64,000 nucleotides of DNA from a virus, in the IMG/VR virus record IMGVR_UViG_3300013137_000015, positions 8,003 to 72,002 of that record, one strand, 5' to 3'. The translations under genes were made by a program, and so were the position numbers. Below, one piece after another: positions 58,959 through 64,000 of this stretch; within the stretch, counting starts at the first letter, position 1, and each line of letters begins with the position of its first letter. The notes under the pieces are model-generated. The model was not told the DNA's origin and did no database searches. It saw only the letters and a program-made list of their open reading frames with translations.

Positions 58959-59828
58959 TTATTTTGTTTTTAAATTATTAAATTTGATTACATCATCTAA
59001 TTTATTATCCATTTTTTCAAGTTTATCTCTTTGATATTGTAATTCTACTGATATTTTCTCTAACATATTCCAAACTCTTGATGAATCTTCAAACAATTCT
59101 ATATTTTCATTAGTACCATCAGCAGTTAACCAATCAGTATATGATGTTACATACATATTTTCTTTTGGTTGTTCTGTACCCATATGTTCTTTTGTTATTT
59201 TTCTTTTCTTCTTACCAACAGGTGTTTTTGTAAAAACACCAGCTTTTGCTGGCAAATCACCAGAACCAGCAATCGAACCACTAACATCACCTGGTATAGC
59301 TGAAACTGTTGGTGCAGTTACATTACCCATACCAGCAGTGTTACCAGCTGTTGCAAATGCAACACCACCATCTTCATTAACTTTTGTATTAACAAATTTA
59401 TTAAATGGTATTATAACTTCACATTTAGGTGGTCTTTTTTTTGCGTGTTTGAATTTTGGTTTTTGTTGAGTTGATTTACCAAACGATGTTGCAACTTTAT
59501 CACCAGAACCTTTTGTGCTAGTTTCGCCTGGAACTGCACCTGGTTGTGATGCACTTACATTTCCTATACCAGCTGTATTACCAGCCGTTACAAAAGCATC
59601 CTCGTTCAAATGAAAATCAGAATATGTTTTCACACTTTCATTTTTAGGTTCTTCTCTAGGAGGTTCTTCTGGTCTTGGCACTCTTTTACTTGGCAATTCA
59701 CTTACTGTTTGTTCTTGTGGTTGAACAGGTTGTGGAGCACCAATATTTCCCATACCATATGTATTACCCTGCGTTTGATTAGCAGTGTTTTCAAATATTT
59801 TAAAACTTTTAATTTCCATAACAGACAT
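58959..59828 (-). CDS. Modular low-complexity protein with three leader-plus-GNTxG(M/I)GN units
   Basis: IKSFKIFE, VKTYSDFHLNE and IIPFNKFVNTKVNE each precede a GNTxG(M/I)GN peptide. Confidence 0.75.
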   Translation of the reverse strand: MSVMEIKSFKIFENTANQTQGNTYGMGNIGAPQPVQPQEQTVSELPSKRVPRPEEPPREEPKNESVKTYSDFHLNEDAFVTAGNTAGIGNVSASQPGAVPGETSTKGSGDKVATSFGKSTQQKPKFKHAKKRPPKCEVIIPFNKFVNTKVNEDGGVAFATAGNTAGMGNVTAPTVSAIPGDVSGSIAGSGDLPAKAGVFTKTPVGKKKRKITKEHMGTEQPKENMYVTSYTDWLTADGTNENIELFEDSSRVWNMLEKISVELQYQRDKLEKMDNKLDDVIKFNNLKTK

Positions 59829-59879
59829 CTATTTTATCTATATATTAATATGATAAAATGAAAATTAATATATAGAATT

Positions 59880-59990
59880 ATGAAATATCTAAAAAAATTT
59901 CAGTCTATTTCCGAAGAAATATGGACCGAATCTCCGTGTGTATTTATACATAAAAGGAAAATAAATGAAGTATTAAGCAAACTTTTTTAA
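59880..59990 (+). CDS. 36-aa mini-paralog of the 53485-56164 family (not in ORF track)
   Basis: MKYLKKFQSISEEIWTESPCVFIHKRKINEVLSKLF; own late box TTAATATATA at 59865-59874. Confidence 0.55.
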   Translation: MKYLKKFQSISEEIWTESPCVFIHKRKINEVLSKLF

Positions 59991-60017
59991 TATATAATAA
60001 AAACATATCTAAATTCA

Positions 60018-60686
60018 ATGAAAAAATTAAGAAACTTAAGGTTATATGAAGAGTATGTAAATTCTGCATCTAATAGAATTTCTACACTTTTAAACAATAT
60101 GGTCAAAATGTTTAAAGAAACATTTGAAGGAAAAAATAAAGTATTAGGAGAAAAAGAACTTGATGTTATAACACTTGTTGATGTTGAAAGATCCACATCT
60201 CATGATGCTTTTGAAAAAAATGTTGTATTGAATTTTCAAGATGATGAATTTTACTACCAAGTTATTTTCATTGTTAAATTAGATGATGTAAAAGAAAATG
60301 AACCTATTGCAAAATCATATATGAAGATAAAAATATATGATAACGAAACTTCAGATATGTTGAGAGAATGGCAAGGTAACTTAGATATGAAAGAATCAAC
60401 CGATGATGAAATAAATAATGAAGGTAGATTTTTCGTAAAAGTAAAAATTGCTTCACAAACTCAAACCGAAACAAGTGGTAAAGAAGTTCAAGCACAAGCT
60501 ACACAAGGTCAAGGACAAATGGGTGGACAAGGAATGGAAAGTGTAAAATATAATAGTAAGGAAAAATTATTTGAAGGACAACCACCACAAGCACAAGGAC
60601 AAACTCAGGGCGATGCAGGTTATGATTATATAGAAATCTTCATAGTTTCTAAAATCGGAGAATTAAAAACACAATTTGAAAAATAA
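60018..60686 (+). CDS. Hypothetical protein with leader
   Basis: MKKLRNLRLYEEY; internal KLFE; late box at 59986-59996. Confidence 0.75.
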   Translation: MKKLRNLRLYEEYVNSASNRISTLLNNMVKMFKETFEGKNKVLGEKELDVITLVDVERSTSHDAFEKNVVLNFQDDEFYYQVIFIVKLDDVKENEPIAKSYMKIKIYDNETSDMLREWQGNLDMKESTDDEINNEGRFFVKVKIASQTQTETSGKEVQAQATQGQGQMGGQGMESVKYNSKEKLFEGQPPQAQGQTQGDAGYDYIEIFIVSKIGELKTQFEK

Positions 60687-61189
60687 TGAACATAGTAACC
60701 AATAACACTTTATTAAGACATTTTAAAAATATAAGTATATTTAAATTGGATTTGGGAACTAACTTAAAAGGTCCTGTTCAAGTTAAGAAAGATCCAGATT
60801 TTACTATTAAAATTCGTGATGAATTTATTAAAAAATATCAATCATTAACTAATAAGATAATATTCAAATATGGTGAAATTGGAACACTAAAATTCTATGA
60901 GGACAATTCGATACCATCAGACGAATTTCATATTTATGATACTGATAAAATTTTTGAAATAACAGTTAAGAAAGATGATTTACTCAAAGAAGCATCAGTA
61001 TATCTTACAGAAATTCTAAAATCGATAGAAAATGGTGAAATGGAAAAAATAGATGAACAAGCCGATGTGGTTAAAAATATTACTTATACAAATATGCCAG
61101 AAGACTTGCAAAGACCAAATTTAAAATTGCCTAGAGATCAATATATTGAAGCTATGGTTGCTAGAAGAAAATTAATAAGTAAATTATAA
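60686..61189 (+). CDS. Hypothetical protein
   Basis: 167-aa ORF, TAATG-coupled on both sides. Confidence 0.7.
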   Translation: MNIVTNNTLLRHFKNISIFKLDLGTNLKGPVQVKKDPDFTIKIRDEFIKKYQSLTNKIIFKYGEIGTLKFYEDNSIPSDEFHIYDTDKIFEITVKKDDLLKEASVYLTEILKSIENGEMEKIDEQADVVKNITYTNMPEDLQRPNLKLPRDQYIEAMVARRKLISKL

Positions 61190-62862
61190 TGGGATTAGAT
61201 GATTTTTTAAATAATGTCGGCGAAGGATTAGAAGGTGTAATACCTTTTAGACCGCCATATCAAGGTGTTTCTAAAGGTCAAATGCCACCAGGGTTATTAA
61301 CATCGAATGTTGGAAATCCTACATTAAATCAAAACATTTATAATGGTACACAAGAAAATCCAGGCGAATTAACTAACAATGTTGGTAATAATGATTTAGA
61401 TGATCCAAGATTTTTACAAACAAATCCTGGAGATTTATCTGGTAACATTGGAACAAATTTAGGTACATTATATAATCAAGATAATCCAGGTATTATTACA
61501 CCTAATGTTGATAATCCTGTACTAGATACTCCTGCGTTTAATCAGACTAATCCAGGCGCACTAACTGGAAATATTAACAATACAAACTTGAACAGTCCTG
61601 TTTTTAATCAAACTAATCCTGGTGCACTAACTGGAAATATTAACAATAATAATTTAGTAAATCCTGTTTTCAGTCAAACAAACCCAGGTGCATTAACAAA
61701 TAATATTGGTAACAACGATTTGGACGTTCCAGCTTTTTTACAATCAAATCCTGACGTATTGACTGATAATATAGATAATAACAATCTCAATAACCCTATT
61801 TTTACACAAACAAATCCTGGTGCACTAACTGGAAATATTAGTAATACAAATTTAAACAACCCAGTGTTCACACAAGACAATCCAGGTGTTACAACTAGTA
61901 ATGTTCAAAATCAAAGTTTGATAAATCCTGTTTTTACACAAGACAATCCAGGTATTGTAACAGAAAATGTACAAAACCAAAATTTAGTAAATCCTTTATT
62001 TACACAAGATAATGCTGGTGTTCAGACTGGAAATATTGGTAATAACACATTAACAAATTCTTTATTTACACAAGACAACGCTGGTGTTCAAACTGGAAAT
62101 GTAGCAAACCAAACATTAAATACACCAAGATTTACACAAGACAATGCTGGCATTCAGACTGGAAATATTGGTAATGACAACTTGAATGATATTATTTTTG
62201 AACAAGATACATCAGGTCAAATTAGTGGAAATATTGGAAACAACGTATTAAATGATAGATTATATACTCAATCGCCTGCAGGTACTTTAACTTCAAACAT
62301 ATCTAATATTGGTGATAATATACTTTATTTACCTTTTGATGAAACAAAATATGAAAAGGTTAGTATAGTTAGTACAAATAAGAATTTCGTATATGATAAG
62401 GCTGATATTATAAATATTTTGTATGGAAATAGTGGTCTAATATATTATTTTGAGAAAAAAGATAAAAGAACAAAAGATCAGATTGCGTATCAGAGAAATT
62501 CATCAGATGCTGATATTGGAGATGATTATTATAAGAATGTAGACCAGTTAGAACCAGGTATTTTGACAAGTAATATAGGTACAAATTTATCTTCAATCGA
62601 ACAAAATAAAAAGATTAAGAACGATTTAGAATTTGATGATGTTATTTATAATAATCCTATATTAAAAGATAAGAAAACAAATTTGGGTAATAATTATGTA
62701 CAACCAACCGAAAAAACAATAAATGTAGGTAGTAAACAAATTCCAGAACAAGCTTTCATTATGCCAGAAAAGAAACAAGAAGATAGAAAAGTAAGACTTT
62801 CTGAGATAGAACAGAAGATGAGATTAAGAAAAAATATAGGAACAAATTTAGGATCAATATGA
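61189..62862 (+). CDS. Asn/Gln/Gly-rich 22-aa tandem-repeat protein
   Basis: About 16 copies of FTQ(D/T)NPGxLTGNIxNxxLxNPx. Confidence 0.8.
   Translation: MGLDDFLNNVGEGLEGVIPFRPPYQGVSKGQMPPGLLTSNVGNPTLNQNIYNGTQENPGELTNNVGNNDLDDPRFLQTNPGDLSGNIGTNLGTLYNQDNPGIITPNVDNPVLDTPAFNQTNPGALTGNINNTNLNSPVFNQTNPGALTGNINNNNLVNPVFSQTNPGALTNNIGNNDLDVPAFLQSNPDVLTDNIDNNNLNNPIFTQTNPGALTGNISNTNLNNPVFTQDNPGVTTSNVQNQSLINPVFTQDNPGIVTENVQNQNLVNPLFTQDNAGVQTGNIGNNTLTNSLFTQDNAGVQTGNVANQTLNTPRFTQDNAGIQTGNIGNDNLNDIIFEQDTSGQISGNIGNNVLNDRLYTQSPAGTLTSNISNIGDNILYLPFDETKYEKVSIVSTNKNFVYDKADIINILYGNSGLIYYFEKKDKRTKDQIAYQRNSSDADIGDDYYKNVDQLEPGILTSNIGTNLSSIEQNKKIKNDLEFDDVIYNNPILKDKKTNLGNNYVQPTEKTINVGSKQIPEQAFIMPEKKQEDRKVRLSEIEQKMRLRKNIGTNLGSI
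61280..62310 (+). repeat. 66-bp-period degenerate coding tandem repeat
   Basis: For example AATCCTGGTGCACTAACTGGAAATATTA at 61615 and 61813, three periods apart. Confidence 0.8.
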
Positions 62863-62960
62863 TTTTGAATCAGTTCATAAAATAGATGTGTGCTGATAGA
62901 ACATCATATATGTATATTTTAAGAGGAACATATCTAAAATAAAAAATAATAATAAAATTT

Positions 62961-63449
62961 ATGCCAGAAAATATTTCAACACATGTAAGTTATAAAGAAG
63001 TTACTTACAGTCCAACAGCAATTAAAAATCACATTGACAATACTCCAAACAAAACTCAATCGGAAAATATAAAGAAATGTGCAAACGCAGTTTTTGAACC
63101 ATTAAGAGAATGGGTTGCAAATCCAATTTATATTAGTTCTTGTTTTAGAAGCGATGCTTTAAATGATAAAATCGGTGGAGCACACGGTTCACAACATTTA
63201 GCAAATAATGGAGCCGCCTTTGATATTGATGATAATTATGGTTATAAAACAAATAAAGAGATGTTTTTCTATATTTGGGAAAACCTTGAATTTGATCAAT
63301 TGATATATGAATTCGGTAATGATACAAATCCAGATTGGATTCATTTTTCATACAACGAAGGTCATAATAGAAAAGAAGTTTTAAGAGGAAAAAGTGTTAA
63401 TGGTAAGACAGTTTATTCAATTGTTAAACCAGGTGATATAAAAAAGTAA
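62961..63449 (+). CDS. Peptidase M15 (D-Ala-D-Ala carboxypeptidase-like, candidate endolysin)
   Basis: ISSCFRS..LN..IGG...SQH....AFD...FDQLIYE..WIHFS. Confidence 0.85.
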   Translation: MPENISTHVSYKEVTYSPTAIKNHIDNTPNKTQSENIKKCANAVFEPLREWVANPIYISSCFRSDALNDKIGGAHGSQHLANNGAAFDIDDNYGYKTNKEMFFYIWENLEFDQLIYEFGNDTNPDWIHFSYNEGHNRKEVLRGKSVNGKTVYSIVKPGDIKK

Positions 63450-63506
63450 ACAATAATCAATTAAACTACTATAAGTCCAATAACAAAAATTATTGGATTT
63501 TTTCAT

Positions 63507-63611
63507 ATGAAAACTATACTATTAACTATCATGTTGTTTTTGAGCATAACCATTTTTGCTCAAAATAGAATTATTTTCTCATTAGGTATAAAGACCCTAC
63601 TTGGGGTTTAG
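63507..63611 (+). pseudogene. Signal-peptide-only ORF (remnant)
   Basis: MKTILLTIMLFLSITIFA-Q followed by a stop after 34 aa. Confidence 0.4.
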
Positions 63612-63625
63612 CTGTTGAAATTTTT

Positions 63626-64000
63626 ATGAAGAAATATTCAGCTGGCTTAGATAAGATTTTCTCTGAAGATAAGTATTTTAAGAACGCAAGAAATGTTACT
63701 GTATTTGCTGAATTCTTCGGACCAAATTCTTTTGCAGGTTGGCATAGTCCAGAAGATAGAAAAAATAATCATATGGATGTTGTTCTGTTTGATGTTGATG
63801 TATTTCAAAAAGGTTTTATAAAAGCAAGTGATTTTATACAATATTTTGAACACTTAGGTATTCCTAAAATAGTTTATGAAGGTTATTATGACGAACAACT
63901 CGTAAACGATGTTAAGAATAATATATTTGGTTTGAATGAAGGTGTTGTTGTAAAAGGTATAACAAAAACTAAAAAGGGTGTTGAACAAATCTGGATGACC
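63626..64000 (+). CDS. RNA-ligase-like (Rnl2) fragment, 5'-truncated, runs off the window
   Basis: FAEFFG, VLFDV, EGVVVK motifs; no in-frame KxDG motif I upstream. Confidence 0.55.
   Translation, partial: MKKYSAGLDKIFSEDKYFKNARNVTVFAEFFGPNSFAGWHSPEDRKNNHMDVVLFDVDVFQKGFIKASDFIQYFEHLGIPKIVYEGYYDEQLVNDVKNNIFGLNEGVVVKGITKTKKGVEQIWMT

Noticed and set aside
61280-62310. CRISPR array
   Set aside because: Repeats are degenerate, in frame, 66-bp periodic and vary at synonymous positions; there are no unique spacers.
266-63853. Short antisense or overlapping ORFs in the track (e.g. 266-472, 4143-4400, 11984-12286, 15188-15550, 27787-28227, 52508-52753, 63647-63853)
   Set aside because: They are shadows of real genes on the opposite strand or frame, with F/L/I/S-biased composition and no motifs.
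1-64000. Stop-codon reassignment as in Lak-type phages
   Set aside because: Long genes are open in the standard code, coding density is high, and TGA/TAG serve as real stops at coupled gene junctions.
1-64000. tRNA or rRNA genes
   Set aside because: No cloverleaf with T-loop and acceptor stem was spotted by eye; tRNAscan-SE would be needed to exclude them fully.

Overview
AT-rich segment of a large myovirus-type (jumbo) phage genome in the standard genetic code, most likely infecting Bacteroidota (five TATCTTTG -7 promoter boxes, A-rich leaders with no obvious Shine-Dalgarno). It carries tail tube and tail sheath genes, three very large tail/baseplate-type proteins, an ECF-type sigma factor, DnaJ, thymidine kinase, DeoC, a RuvC-like resolvase, a DNA methyltransferase, an M15 peptidase and several homing endonucleases or their remnants. 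Two things stand out. (1) About 30 otherwise unrelated ORFs, mostly behind a TAATATATA late-promoter box, start with a short MKxxKxY/FxxF(I/V/L)xE leader resembling the T4 capsid-targeting sequence MKTYQEFIAE. They include enzymes (ART-like proteins, nucleotidyltransferase, HAD phosphatase, DeoC, NDT-like hydrolase, Nudix, methyltransferase, AAA ATPase) and microproteins, and several repeat the motif internally. This suggests a large protease-processed, virion-packaged cargo system with polyproteins and carrier-payload fusions. (2) clpC is fractured inside its Walker A loop by an atypically split intein (26-aa IntN, 137-aa IntC), with a free-standing endonuclease between the halves. Three promoter classes can be read from the DNA. 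All protein assignments come from motif recognition by eye, with no database searches.
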